From NCBI GenBank assembly GCA_964434115.1, contig CAYSSX010000003.1:268554-332553 (forward strand): a stretch of 64,000 nucleotides of DNA, in the 5' to 3' direction. Below, in pieces: positions 37,745-47,329 of this stretch; position 1 is the stretch's first letter; every line of letters begins with the position of its first letter. Source of the DNA: an uncultured bacterium (GTDB lineage: Bacteria; Omnitrophota; Omnitrophia; Omnitrophales; Aquincolibacteriaceae). The position numbers and the translations under genes are program-made. The notes under the pieces are model-generated. The model did not search any database, was not told the origin of the DNA, and saw only the letters and a program-made list of their open reading frames with translations.

Positions 37745-38053
37745 ATGAACCTCATCAAGTTTACGCTTTCGGACGGCGTTTCCTACCAGAGTATTTCTAA
37801 TATCATAGATATTTCAGAAACCGGTTTGCAGTTCACCTGTTATGAAGAAATCCAGCCGGATCAGCCCATTAAGATGCTGGTCCATGTTCCGGACGCCTAT
37901 GAGGATATTCCTATCAAAGGGCGCTTGGTTTGGGTTAGAAAAAAGCCTGCGGCCCGGGGGATCTATGTTGCTGGAGTAAAGTTTCATGATCTGCCGGAAA
38001 AGAGCCTCGAAGTCATCCGCAATATGATCAAAGGTAAAATCCCTCGACGTTAG
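37745..38053 (+). CDS. PilZ-domain protein (stand-alone c-di-GMP receptor candidate)
   Basis: 102 aa. 'DISETGLQF' and 'VWVRKK...GIYVAGVKF' match the PilZ-domain DxSxxG and C-terminal beta-barrel pattern. The N-terminal RxxxR motif is not evident. Confidence 0.45.
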   Translation: MNLIKFTLSDGVSYQSISNIIDISETGLQFTCYEEIQPDQPIKMLVHVPDAYEDIPIKGRLVWVRKKPAARGIYVAGVKFHDLPEKSLEVIRNMIKGKIPRR

Positions 38054-38159
38054 TTATCCTAAACACATACTGTAAAACAAGTTAAGATTTTTAAATTTTA
38101 AAATTCTAAACTGGACTCAAAAAGTCTGATTAGTTACAATTGAAGAAGAGGAAAAGACT

Positions 38160-38615
38160 ATGAGATTCACGACAAGGACCGAATACGGGTTAGTTTGCCT
38201 GATCTATATGAGCAAGCATTCTGAACTTCCTTTTGATCCCATTACGATCAAAGAACTTGTGCTCGCAGAGCAGTTTTCTCTGACTTACACGGAAAAGATA
38301 ATGCAGACTTTGCGAACTGCAAATATCGTGACGGCCCAGCACGGAAAGCAGGGGGGCTATACTTTGGCCCGGCCAGCATCCCAGATTACGCTGCGTGAAA
38401 TTGTCGAGGCTCTTGAGGGAGCCACGTTCGAAATTTTTTGTAAACCGGAAGTCCGCGAAGAAATTATCTGTACTCATTTTCCGGCATGCGGAATTAAGCC
38501 CGTTTGGGAAAAGACAAAGAGCGTTCTTGACCAGCTTTATGACTCAATAACCCTTGAAATGATTGCGAAAAACGAGCTAGAATCCGCCTCCCTCAGCGGT
38601 ATTCCCAAGCCCTAA
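38160..38615 (+). CDS. Rrf2-family transcriptional regulator (IscR/SufR-like, Cys-ligand cluster present)
   Basis: N-terminal wHTH 'TRTEYGLVCLIYM...IKELVLAEQFSLTYTEKIMQTLRTANIV'; three Cys in 'CKPEVREEIICTHFPACG'. Immediately upstream of sufB. Confidence 0.7.
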   Translation: MRFTTRTEYGLVCLIYMSKHSELPFDPITIKELVLAEQFSLTYTEKIMQTLRTANIVTAQHGKQGGYTLARPASQITLREIVEALEGATFEIFCKPEVREEIICTHFPACGIKPVWEKTKSVLDQLYDSITLEMIAKNELESASLSGIPKP

Positions 38616-38669
38616 AGGCTTTTTTTCCCGGAATATAGGGAATTATCTAGTCCGAATTAGGATCCTGCC

Positions 38670-40121
38670 ATGACAGAAAAAAGCGTTCGAATAGAAGACT
38701 TAGTCAACCGCGATTACCAGTATGGGTTTCAAACCCAACTGGAGCCGGGGATGACTGTGCGCGGGCTTAATGAAGACACGATACGCCTTATTTCGGCGCA
38801 TAAAAAAGAACCCAAATTCATGCTGGATTACCGGCTGAAGGCCTATCGCCAATGGTTGAAAATGAAAGAACCTCGCTGGGCGCATGTTCATTACCCCAAA
38901 ATCAACTATCAGGACGTTATTTATTATTCTGAGCCTAAAGTCGCGCAGAAAAAACTGAACAGTTTAGACGAGGTTGATCCTGAACTGCGCCGCACGTTTG
39001 AAAAATTAGGCATTCCGTTGATTGAACAAAAAAAACTTGCCGGAGTGGCCGTGGATGCTATTTTTGACAGCGTCTCAGTGGCCACAACCTTTAAGGGAAA
39101 GCTGCGTGAAGTCGGCGTGATCTTTTGCTCGTTTTCTGAGGCGGTTCAAGAGCATCCGGAGCTAATTGAGAAGTATTTGAGCTCAGTGGTGCCGGTCACG
39201 GATAACTTTTTCGCGGCTTTGAACTCGGCTGTTTTTACGGACGGGTCCTTCGTGTATGTTCCTAAAGACACCCGCTGCCCCATGGAACTTTCCAGCTACT
39301 TTCGCATTAATACTGAAAATTCGGGACAATTTGAGCGGACTCTGATTATTTGCGAAGACAACAGTCAGGTCAGCTATCTCGAAGGATGCACGGCGCCTAA
39401 ATTTGATACGAACCAGCTTCATGCTGCGGTGGTCGAGCTGGTGGCGCATGATCATGCTGAGATTAAATACTCGACGGTCCAGAATTGGTATGCGGGCGAT
39501 CCCAAAACCGGAAAGGGAGGTATTTTTAATTTTGTGACCAAGCGGGGAAAATGCGCGGGACGGAACTCTAAAATTTCCTGGACCCAGGTTGAAACAGGTT
39601 CCGCAATCACCTGGAAATACCCCAGCTGCATTCTTGCCGGCGACAATTCGGTGGGTGAATTTTACTCTGTGGCTTTGACTACAGGCAAACAGCAGGCCGA
39701 TACGGGCACCAAAATGATTCATATCGGAAAAAACACCCGCAGTACGATTATTTCAAAAGGGATTTCCGCGGGTGAAGCGAACAACAACTACCGCGGACTC
39801 GTTCAGATCTCCAAAGGCGCATCGGGGGCAAGAAATTTTACGCAGTGTGATTCTCTCCTGATCGGTTCCCAATGCAGCGCTAATACTTTCCCTTACATTG
39901 ATCTCCAGAATGCCTCCTCTCAGGTGGAGCATGAAGCGACGACGTCCAGAGTCAGCGACGACCAGCTTTTCTATTTTCAGCAGCGGGGCATTTCCACCGA
40001 AGATGCCATGAGTTCGATCATTAATGGATTTTGCAAACAAGTGTTCCGGGAATTGCCCGGGGAATTTGCAGTCGAAGCTACTCAGCTTCTCGGGCTTAAG
40101 CTCGAGGGGACTGTCGGCTGA
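38670..40121 (+). CDS. sufB: Fe-S cluster assembly protein SufB
   Basis: Highly conserved SufB core ('[12 protein letters not shown]', '[16 protein letters not shown]', 'QNWYAGD'); 483 aa. Confidence 0.9.
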   Translation: MTEKSVRIEDLVNRDYQYGFQTQLEPGMTVRGLNEDTIRLISAHKKEPKFMLDYRLKAYRQWLKMKEPRWAHVHYPKINYQDVIYYSEPKVAQKKLNSLDEVDPELRRTFEKLGIPLIEQKKLAGVAVDAIFDSVSVATTFKGKLREVGVIFCSFSEAVQEHPELIEKYLSSVVPVTDNFFAALNSAVFTDGSFVYVPKDTRCPMELSSYFRINTENSGQFERTLIICEDNSQVSYLEGCTAPKFDTNQLHAAVVELVAHDHAEIKYSTVQNWYAGDPKTGKGGIFNFVTKRGKCAGRNSKISWTQVETGSAITWKYPSCILAGDNSVGEFYSVALTTGKQQADTGTKMIHIGKNTRSTIISKGISAGEANNNYRGLVQISKGASGARNFTQCDSLLIGSQCSANTFPYIDLQNASSQVEHEATTSRVSDDQLFYFQQRGISTEDAMSSIINGFCKQVFRELPGEFAVEATQLLGLKLEGTVG

Positions 40122-40142
40122 GAAGTTTAAGAGGAGAACGAA

Positions 40143-40883
40143 ATGCTTAAGATTAAAGGATTGAAGGCCCGTATTGCCGGCAATGATATTTTGCAGGGCA
40201 TTGACCTTGAAATTAAAGCGGGAGAAGTTCATGCCATTATGGGGCCGAATGGTTCGGGCAAAAGTACGCTTGCCAAGGTTCTTGCCGGCGACCCTGTGGT
40301 GGAAGTCACGGAGGGAGAAGTTCTGTTCCAGGGGAAGAACCTGCTTTCACTTGATCCAGAAGATCGTGCCCTGGCCGGAGTTTTTATGGCGTTTCAATAC
40401 CCTGTTGAAATTCCGGGCGTGAACAACGCGGCATTTTTGCGCATGGCGTATAACGCCAAACGCAAATCGCAGGGGCTTGAAGAAGCCGACCCTATTGAAT
40501 TTGATGAAATCCTGCGCGCAAAACGTGAAATCGTCGAAGTGACGGAAGAGTTTCTGGACCGTTCGGTAAACCACGGGTTTTCCGGCGGCGAAAAAAAGCG
40601 TAACGAGATCCTTCAGATGGCCGTGCTTGAGCCAAAGCTTGCGCTTTTGGATGAAACCGATTCCGGACTTGATGTGGATGCTCTCCGGGCAGTTTCCCGC
40701 GGCGTGAACCGGTTGAAAAGCAAAGAAAACGCAATGCTGCTTGTAACGCACTATCAGCGGCTTCTTGATTACATTGTTCCTGATTTTGTCCATGTTTTGG
40801 CCGGAGGCCGCATTATCCGCTCCGGTGATAAAAGTCTGGCGCTTGAAGTGGAGAAAAAAGGGTATGACTGGCTTTTATCCTAA
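40143..40883 (+). CDS. sufC: Fe-S cluster assembly ATPase SufC
   Basis: 'IMGPNGSGKSTL' Walker A; 'FSGGEKKRNEILQM' signature; 'LLDETDSGLDVDAL'. Confidence 0.9.
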   Translation: MLKIKGLKARIAGNDILQGIDLEIKAGEVHAIMGPNGSGKSTLAKVLAGDPVVEVTEGEVLFQGKNLLSLDPEDRALAGVFMAFQYPVEIPGVNNAAFLRMAYNAKRKSQGLEEADPIEFDEILRAKREIVEVTEEFLDRSVNHGFSGGEKKRNEILQMAVLEPKLALLDETDSGLDVDALRAVSRGVNRLKSKENAMLLVTHYQRLLDYIVPDFVHVLAGGRIIRSGDKSLALEVEKKGYDWLLS

Positions 40884-40907
40884 AAAAGATTTTTGGAGAA
40901 AACAGGT

Positions 40908-42218
40908 ATGAGCCCTGCGGCTGAACCTTCATCTTCTTCGTATGCGGAAAAAGTCCGCGGGTTGCGGGCCAAGGCGACCACTCTGCCCTGGATGGAGTCT
41001 CTTCGTGAGGATGCCTTGAAGGCCTTTGATGCCAAGGGATTTCCTGACCGGCATTGGGAGTCTTGGAAGTATTTTTCGCTGAATTCGATATTGGACACGT
41101 CTTTTCAGGCGCCTCGTCCTTTGACCTCAATAGACCGGACCGATTCTTTATTTAAAGACGCAAAATGCCGGATTGTTTTTGTGAATGGCCTTTTTTCCTC
41201 ACAGCTTTCTTCCTCGCCCCCGGAAGGAGTTGAGTTTTCTGAATTGGGAAGCGGGTTTTTCAATTCACCTGATTTGAAAGAGCGGCTTGGGCGCAATTTA
41301 CCTCAAGAGGAAAACCCGTTTTTCCTGATCAATACGTTTACCTTTGAGAGTGGAGCATTTATCCGCATTTCTAAAAACAAAATGGTGAGCGAACCGCTGC
41401 ATCTTTTTTTTCTCAGTGCTCCAGAGGGTGCGAACCCGGTAGCCTCAAACCCCAGAGTTTTGATTGTCTCGGAAGAAGGTTCCCAGGCTTCCGTTGTTTG
41501 CCATTATTATGGGCCGGGTGCCAATCCTTCTTTTGAAAATATGGCGGGGGAGATTTATTTAGACAGCAAGTCCAGGCTGCACTGGGTAAACCTCCAGAAT
41601 CAGGAAAAAGGGCATGGAACCTTGTTCTGTAACTTCAGAGCCTATCTTCAAAGTGATTCGAATTTGGAGATGGTGACTTTTAGCCGGGGAGGGGCCTTTA
41701 CACGGAATGAAATTCTGACTGAGCTTGAGGGCTCTGGTGCGGTTTGCAGCGTGAACGGACTTGCCGTTTTATCGGGGGAATCCAAGGTTTCAAACGAGAT
41801 CACCGCGAATCACCGGGCACCAGCCACCGCAAGCAGGCAGTTTTATAAAAACCTCCTGGATGACGCATCAGTTGCAGAGTTTAACAGCCTTGCGTATGTT
41901 TTCCCAGGTGCCCAGAAGTCGGATTCCAATCAGCTGAATAAAAATCTGCTCCTGTCTGATGATGCGCGTGTTTATTCCCGTCCCAAACTCAAGATTTATG
42001 CCGATGACGTTCAGGCGAGCCACGGCTCCGCGAATGGGCAAAGCGAAACGCAGGAGCTTTTTTATTTGAGGAGCCGGGGACTCGACCGCCGGACGGCACG
42101 GTTTGTTCTCGCCTTTGGGTTCGCAGAAGAAGTTTTGCAGCGTATTTCCCTTGTTCCTGTGCGCAAGCAGCTTGAAGAAATTGTTGAGACGGCTCTTGAA
42201 GCCATGATTCGTGAGTGA
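40908..42218 (+). CDS. sufD: Fe-S cluster assembly protein SufD
   Basis: SufB/SufD-family beta-helix C-terminus ('YADDVQASHGSANGQ...LFYLRSRGL'). Placed between sufC and sufS. ATG at 40908 has GGAG upstream; the ORF-track start is 40893. Confidence 0.75.
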   Translation: MSPAAEPSSSSYAEKVRGLRAKATTLPWMESLREDALKAFDAKGFPDRHWESWKYFSLNSILDTSFQAPRPLTSIDRTDSLFKDAKCRIVFVNGLFSSQLSSSPPEGVEFSELGSGFFNSPDLKERLGRNLPQEENPFFLINTFTFESGAFIRISKNKMVSEPLHLFFLSAPEGANPVASNPRVLIVSEEGSQASVVCHYYGPGANPSFENMAGEIYLDSKSRLHWVNLQNQEKGHGTLFCNFRAYLQSDSNLEMVTFSRGGAFTRNEILTELEGSGAVCSVNGLAVLSGESKVSNEITANHRAPATASRQFYKNLLDDASVAEFNSLAYVFPGAQKSDSNQLNKNLLLSDDARVYSRPKLKIYADDVQASHGSANGQSETQELFYLRSRGLDRRTARFVLAFGFAEEVLQRISLVPVRKQLEEIVETALEAMIRE

Positions 42219-43455
42219 GGCTATGTTGACGACAAAACCTTTGGATGTTGAGAAGGTCAGGAAAGATTTTCCGATTTTGGGGCGTCAGATGAACGGGCAT
42301 CCGCTTGTTTATCTGGACAACGCGGCCACAACGCAAAAGCCTTTGTGTGTCATTGAGCGCTTGGAACGGTTTTACCGTGAAGAATACGCGACCGTGCACC
42401 GGGGCGTTTACACCATCAGCCAGCGTGCTACTTGGGAATGTGATCAGGTGCGTGAAAAGTGCCGGCAGTTTTTAAACGCCAAAAAATCAGCGGAGATTGT
42501 TTTTGTCCGGGGCGCCACGGAAGCGATTAATCTCGTTGCCCACGGATATGGACGAAAATTTGTTAAAAAAGGGGATGAGGTCCTTGTTTCCGCGATTGAA
42601 CACCACGCCAACCTTGTTCCTTGGCAGATGCTTTGCGCGGAAAAAGAAGCGGTTCTAAAAGTGATCCCGGTCAATGATCAGGGCGAGCTTTGCCTTGAGG
42701 AGTACCGGAAAATGTTGAATCCACGGGTGAGGATCGTGGCCTTTACCCATATGTCGAATGCTTTGGGGACGATTAACCCGGTCAAGTTGATGACCCGGCT
42801 TGCTCATGAGGCAGGTGCTGTTGTCGTGGTGGATGGGGCTCAAGGCGTTGTCCACGAAAAAGTGGATGTTCAGGACACAGACTGCGATTTTTATTGTTTT
42901 TCAAGCCACAAGGTTTACGGTCCCACAGGCGTCGGGGTTCTTTATGGGAAATGGGCTCACCTGGATGTGATGGAACCCTATCAAACCGGCGGAGAAATGA
43001 TCGTGACTGTGACTTATGAGAAATCAACCTTTGCCAATCCTCCGCTGAAGTTTGAAGCAGGAACACCGGCGATTGCAGAAATCGTAGGCCTGGGCCCCGC
43101 CTTGGACTATCTAGAAGGTCTTGGCTGGAATGCGATTCATGCCCACGAAAAAGAACTTCTGGAAATTGCGACGAGGCGTCTATCTGAAATTCCGGGCCTC
43201 CGCATCATTGGAACCGCCAAAGAGAAGGCGGGCGTCGTATCTTTTGTTCTTCCCGATATTCACCCGCATGACATTGGGACGATCTTAGACCAGGAAGGTA
43301 TTGCCATTAGAACGGGCCATCATTGTGCGCAGCCTGTCATGAAGCGCTTTCAGGTCCCGGCAACCGCAAGGGCCTCTTTTGCGCTTTATAACAAAGAAGA
43401 CGAGATTGATGCTTTGGTGCGTGCTCTTGGAAAAGTGAGAGAGGTGTTTCGGTGA
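42211..43455 (+). CDS. sufS: Cysteine desulfurase SufS (class II aminotransferase fold)
   Basis: 'YLDNAATTQKP'; PLP-Lys 'FSSHKVYGPTGVGVLYG'; active-site Cys in 'RTGHHCAQP'. An alternative ATG start at 42223 is possible. Confidence 0.9.
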   Translation: MSEAMLTTKPLDVEKVRKDFPILGRQMNGHPLVYLDNAATTQKPLCVIERLERFYREEYATVHRGVYTISQRATWECDQVREKCRQFLNAKKSAEIVFVRGATEAINLVAHGYGRKFVKKGDEVLVSAIEHHANLVPWQMLCAEKEAVLKVIPVNDQGELCLEEYRKMLNPRVRIVAFTHMSNALGTINPVKLMTRLAHEAGAVVVVDGAQGVVHEKVDVQDTDCDFYCFSSHKVYGPTGVGVLYGKWAHLDVMEPYQTGGEMIVTVTYEKSTFANPPLKFEAGTPAIAEIVGLGPALDYLEGLGWNAIHAHEKELLEIATRRLSEIPGLRIIGTAKEKAGVVSFVLPDIHPHDIGTILDQEGIAIRTGHHCAQPVMKRFQVPATARASFALYNKEDEIDALVRALGKVREVFR

Positions 43456-43934
43456 TTCCTGAACCCCGTCTGAACAATCTTTATCAGGAAGTGATCCTTG
43501 ATCACAATAAGAAACCGCGTAACTTTAAAGTCCTGGAAACACCGACGAATTATTCGCACGGCGTAAACCCGCTTTGCGGTGATGATTATCATTTGTATCT
43601 TCAAATCGCTGATGGTGTGATTCAGGATGTGGGGTTTCAAGGCAATGGGTGTGCGATTTCCAAATCAAGCGCTTCCTTGCTGACCACTCTGGTTAAAGGT
43701 AAAACGCCGGAAGAGGCGGCAAAGCTTCAGGAAAGCGTCCTTTATCTTATGACGCATGATCAGGTGCCGGAGGCCTGCAAGAAGGAAGCTGGAAAAATGG
43801 TGATTTTTGAAGGTGTCCGGGAATTTCCGGTTCGTGTAAAATGTGCTACTTTGATTTGGCATGCTCTTCAGGATGCCTTAAATGACGCTTCTGGAAAGAA
43901 TTTGTCTTCCAACGCAGGAGAATCTCATGAGTGA
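43452..43934 (+). CDS. sufU: SufU/IscU-type Fe-S scaffold (sulfur acceptor)
   Basis: 'NPLCGDDYHLYL' and 'GNGCAISKSSASLLT' conserved Cys motifs. Confidence 0.8.
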   Translation: MIPEPRLNNLYQEVILDHNKKPRNFKVLETPTNYSHGVNPLCGDDYHLYLQIADGVIQDVGFQGNGCAISKSSASLLTTLVKGKTPEEAAKLQESVLYLMTHDQVPEACKKEAGKMVIFEGVREFPVRVKCATLIWHALQDALNDASGKNLSSNAGESHE

Positions 43935-44487
43935 AAACCAGGCCCTTCAAATTTCAATTCAATTGACGCCCAATCCGAATTCCTTGCAGTTTTGTGCCAA
44001 CCGGGAATTGGTTACGGGAGGGTCGTATAATTTCCCTGATTCGGAAAGTGCCAAAGGGTCACCGTTGGCGGAAGCCCTTTTTGGTTTAGGCAGCGTTTCC
44101 GGCGTTTTGATAGGACGTGATTTTGTGACCGTGACTAAAAAGCCAGAGCAGGAATGGTCAGTGATTGCGGCATCAATCTCGGAAGTTCTGAATAAAAGAC
44201 TTACGGCATCCGAGAAGCTGGTGGACGAATCTCAAACTAAGAAAAGCGACAGCCCTATCAGCGAAACAGAAATGCAGATCCGGCGTGTGATTGATGAGGA
44301 AATTCGTCCTGCCGTGGCACGGGACGGGGGAGATATTATTTTTGACAGCTACGAAGAAGGGATTGTCCGTCTTCGTTTGCAGGGAGCCTGCAGCTCATGC
44401 CCGAGTTCAATTATGACTTTAAAGATGGGAATTGAAAACCGCTTAAAGCAGGTGATCCCGGAAATCCGGGAAGTTGTGTCCGTTTAA
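43927..44487 (+). CDS. NifU/Nfu-type Fe-S cluster carrier (Nfu_N plus NifU C-terminal domain)
   Basis: C-terminal 'GGDIIFDSYEEGIVRLRLQGACSSCPSS' CxxC motif; N-terminal Nfu_N-like domain. Start at the ATG overlapping the sufU stop. Confidence 0.7.
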   Translation: MSENQALQISIQLTPNPNSLQFCANRELVTGGSYNFPDSESAKGSPLAEALFGLGSVSGVLIGRDFVTVTKKPEQEWSVIAASISEVLNKRLTASEKLVDESQTKKSDSPISETEMQIRRVIDEEIRPAVARDGGDIIFDSYEEGIVRLRLQGACSSCPSSIMTLKMGIENRLKQVIPEIREVVSV

Positions 44488-44822
44488 GACTCATTCCCTT
44501 CTTTGACGTATCGTTTTTCTGAAACCTGAACGCCATTTTGGAAAACAGCTTCTCCCGCCAATTTCCCATTCGGTGCATACCGCTTCATGGTCCCATGAAT
44601 TTTACCGTTTAGATAATTCGTTTCTGTGCGAGTGACACCGTCTTTGTAGAATGTGATAGCGCTCCCATTCAATTGGCCGTTTTTATAGGTCATTTCGCTT
44701 TTAACCGGGCCGCCTTTATAAAAGTGCGTTGTCTTGACGCCGTCCTTGACGGCTTCTTCCTTGCCGCATCCAGGGGCAGCGAAAATCATTAAAAGAACGA
44801 GAAAAGATAAAACGTGCTTCAC
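44484..44822 (-). CDS. MORN-repeat lipoprotein (YwqK-like)
   Basis: Lipobox 'FAAPGCG'; repeated 'YKNGQLNGSAITFYKDGV...NYLNGKIHGTMKRYAPNGKL' MORN-like repeats. Confidence 0.55.
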   Translation of the reverse strand: MKHVLSFLVLLMIFAAPGCGKEEAVKDGVKTTHFYKGGPVKSEMTYKNGQLNGSAITFYKDGVTRTETNYLNGKIHGTMKRYAPNGKLAGEAVFQNGVQVSEKRYVKEGNES

Positions 44823-44879
44823 GAGAACCTCCTAATGTTTTAGACAGATATAAGTGCATCGGCCAGCAGAGGGTTTTTT

Positions 44880-45842
44880 TTAGCGCGGTGATTCAGATGT
44901 TTCGGCAAAGTGATCTTTGAGAGAGGCTTCTTTCATGAGATGAAGATGCCAGGACATGAAGTAAAGCCGCTTTTTTCTTTCCGCTACTTTTTCGATCAGT
45001 GCTTTTTTCGCGTCATCTTGAAGAGATGCGGTTGAAGCATCCTTTTTGGAAGTGACATGAAAGACGGCAATTTTCCCACGGAAAGGTATAGGCTGAGAAA
45101 TTGCGTTTTCGGGAAGTTTTTGGAGTTCAAGAGCATAAGAGGTTTCAAGGTGCAGCGCGTCTGCAATCTCAGCTAGTGGAGCTTCCGCCAAAGAGATCAT
45201 TTTATCCTGGCTTGAAGCGGTTGCGGTTTTCCAGTCGTCGGGGGTTGCTGCCTTTGATGTGAAATCTTCGGCCTCTTTCAAGGTGTCAAAAATCATCCCT
45301 TCAACGCCAATGCGGGAGTTTTCCATGGTGTAAAACTGCTGGACCTCATCGTCTTTGGGGTCATCCAGAGGGACCTGGCTAATACCCTTGAGAAGTTTTT
45401 GGACGCGGATCACTTCCCGGAGCTGTTTCTCAAATTCCTGAGGTTCCATTTTGAGGTTTGACCGCAGCCAGCCGCGGTAAGCTTTGGGATCGGGGCTTGT
45501 AAAACCAAAGCTGGTTAACAGGCGTACCAGCTCATTGCGAACCTCATCGTCGGAGACCTGAAAGTTTTTGCGCTTGGCTTCCCGGGCATAGATCAGGTTT
45601 TGCCAGGCGACCTGGCGGAGGAGATCCGGATCCTTGGAAACATCCTGGCCGAATGAAAAGATTTGGGCGCCGCGGTAAAAAGAGTCAAATTCCTGAAAAG
45701 TCACGTGTTTTCCGAATACTTCCCCAGCGTACCGGCCTTTTTGCTGGGCTTGTGATCCGATGGACACAGCACCCCAGAGGGCAAAAGACAAAATAACGGT
45801 CCAAATAACGGTTTTGGTGTGAGTTCTCAAATAATTAAGCAT
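44880..45842 (-). CDS. Periplasmic chaperone with a SurA-N-like domain (PpiD/SurA family, no clear PPIase motif)
   Basis: N-terminal TM/signal 'TVIWTVILSFALWGAVSIG'; SurA_N-like helical domain ('VSDDEVRNELVRLL...', 'QEFEKQLREVIRVQKLL'). AGGAGG Shine-Dalgarno 8 nt upstream of the ATG at 45842. Confidence 0.5.
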   Translation of the reverse strand: MLNYLRTHTKTVIWTVILSFALWGAVSIGSQAQQKGRYAGEVFGKHVTFQEFDSFYRGAQIFSFGQDVSKDPDLLRQVAWQNLIYAREAKRKNFQVSDDEVRNELVRLLTSFGFTSPDPKAYRGWLRSNLKMEPQEFEKQLREVIRVQKLLKGISQVPLDDPKDDEVQQFYTMENSRIGVEGMIFDTLKEAEDFTSKAATPDDWKTATASSQDKMISLAEAPLAEIADALHLETSYALELQKLPENAISQPIPFRGKIAVFHVTSKKDASTASLQDDAKKALIEKVAERKKRLYFMSWHLHLMKEASLKDHFAETSESPR

Positions 45843-45934
45843 AAAGCCTCCTGAAAAGGAGGTTAAGCTAGCATACAACCCGGGGAATCACAAGCGAATC
45901 CAGGCTGGTTCAATAAATGACCTGGCATTGTGCA

Positions 45935-45963
45935 TTGACAAAAATCCGCGGTCTTTTTAATAT
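45935..45963 (+). promoter_or_regulatory. Sigma-70-type promoter (TTGACA-17-TAATAT) in the divergent region upstream of the guaB-like gene
   Basis: 'TTGACA aaaatccgcggtctttt TAATAT': perfect -35, 17-nt spacer, good -10. About 150 nt upstream of the ATG at 46111. Confidence 0.45.
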
Positions 45964-46110
45964 ACGCCAATGGAACCACTTTCAAAGCTCAAAAACCTCG
46001 AGCGAACTTATCCATCACACTTTTTTAGCATGATTTCGACACCGGAGATATTCGTGTCCCTGGTGCCGTTTTAAGGCCCTTCACCGGGTTTTTTGAAAGG
46101 AGTCAGTAGA

Positions 46111-47271
46111 ATGTCGGAATTTATCGGGCGTGACCGCAAAGCTCGCCGGGCGTATGGCTTTGATGAAATTGCTTTGGTCCCAGGAGATATTACCTTAAAC
46201 CCGGATGAGGTGAACATCAACCTCAAGATCGGTAAGCACACTTTTGATATTCCTTTCCTGGCTTCTGCCATGGATGGCGTTGTGGATCCCAAATTTGCTA
46301 TTGCGATGGGTAAGCTTGGAGGCGTTGCTGTTCTGAACCTTGAAGGTATCTATACCCGCTATGAAAACTACGAAGATATTTTGAATGAAATTTCCAATGC
46401 GACGGTAGAAAAGGCCACCCAGCTCGTTCAGAAGCTTTATGAAGAGCCCATCAAGAAGAAGCTGGTAACGCAAAGGATCAAGGAAATTAAAAAAGCAAAA
46501 GTCCCGTGTGTCGTGAGCAGTATTCCACAGCGGGCAGAGGAGTTCGGCAAGCTCGCAATTGAAGCGGGTGCGGATATTTTTGTGGTTCAATCCACAGTGA
46601 CCACAGTCCGGCATGAATCGAAAGCGTACAAGGTCGTGGACTTTAGCAAGTTTTGCAAGGACATGACGATCCCTGTCATTTTGGGTAATTGCGTGACTTA
46701 CAAAGTGGCGCTAGATCTTATGGATACAGGATGTGCCGGGCTTCTTGTCGGTATTGGTCCGGGATCCGCTTGCACGACACGCGGCGTTTTAGGGCTTGGA
46801 GTTCCTCAAGTCACCGCGATTGCGGATTGTGCGGCCGCTCGTGAAGTTTACTTTAAGAAAACAAAACGCTACGTCAACATTATCGCGGACGGCGGCATGT
46901 CCACCGGCGGGGACATTTGTAAATCCTTTGCCTGCGGCGCTGATGCTGTGATGGTGGGCTCTGCTTTTGCTAGAACCACAGAAGCCCCCGGGAAAGGCTT
47001 TCATTGGGGGATGGCGACACCGCATGCCAACCTTCCCCGCGGAACCCGCATTAAGGTCGGAACAACGGGATCCCTCGAGGAAATTCTTTTTGGTCCGGCG
47101 AAGCTGGACGATGGAACGCAGAACCTTGTTGGCGCACTTCGCACCTGCATGGGAAATATTGGGGTCCGGAACATCCGCGAAATGCAGCTTGCAGAAATTG
47201 TGATTGCTCCCGCCATCCGCACGGAAGGTAAACTTTTCCAATCCGCTCAACGAGTTGGAATGGGCAAATAA
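46111..47271 (+). CDS. guaB: IMP dehydrogenase / GMP reductase family protein without the CBS-pair insertion
   Basis: 'GIGPGSACTTRGVLGLGVPQ' IMPDH active-site Cys loop; 'IADGGMSTGGDICKSFACGADAVMVGS'. 386 aa with no CBS subdomain. AAAGGAG Shine-Dalgarno. Directly upstream of guaA. Confidence 0.75.
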   Translation: MSEFIGRDRKARRAYGFDEIALVPGDITLNPDEVNINLKIGKHTFDIPFLASAMDGVVDPKFAIAMGKLGGVAVLNLEGIYTRYENYEDILNEISNATVEKATQLVQKLYEEPIKKKLVTQRIKEIKKAKVPCVVSSIPQRAEEFGKLAIEAGADIFVVQSTVTTVRHESKAYKVVDFSKFCKDMTIPVILGNCVTYKVALDLMDTGCAGLLVGIGPGSACTTRGVLGLGVPQVTAIADCAAAREVYFKKTKRYVNIIADGGMSTGGDICKSFACGADAVMVGSAFARTTEAPGKGFHWGMATPHANLPRGTRIKVGTTGSLEEILFGPAKLDDGTQNLVGALRTCMGNIGVRNIREMQLAEIVIAPAIRTEGKLFQSAQRVGMGK

Positions 47272-47329
47272 AATAGCGAAGGGTGAAAAGTTTTTAGGGC
47301 GGTCGTGAATCCTCTTTTCACTAGGTTTT

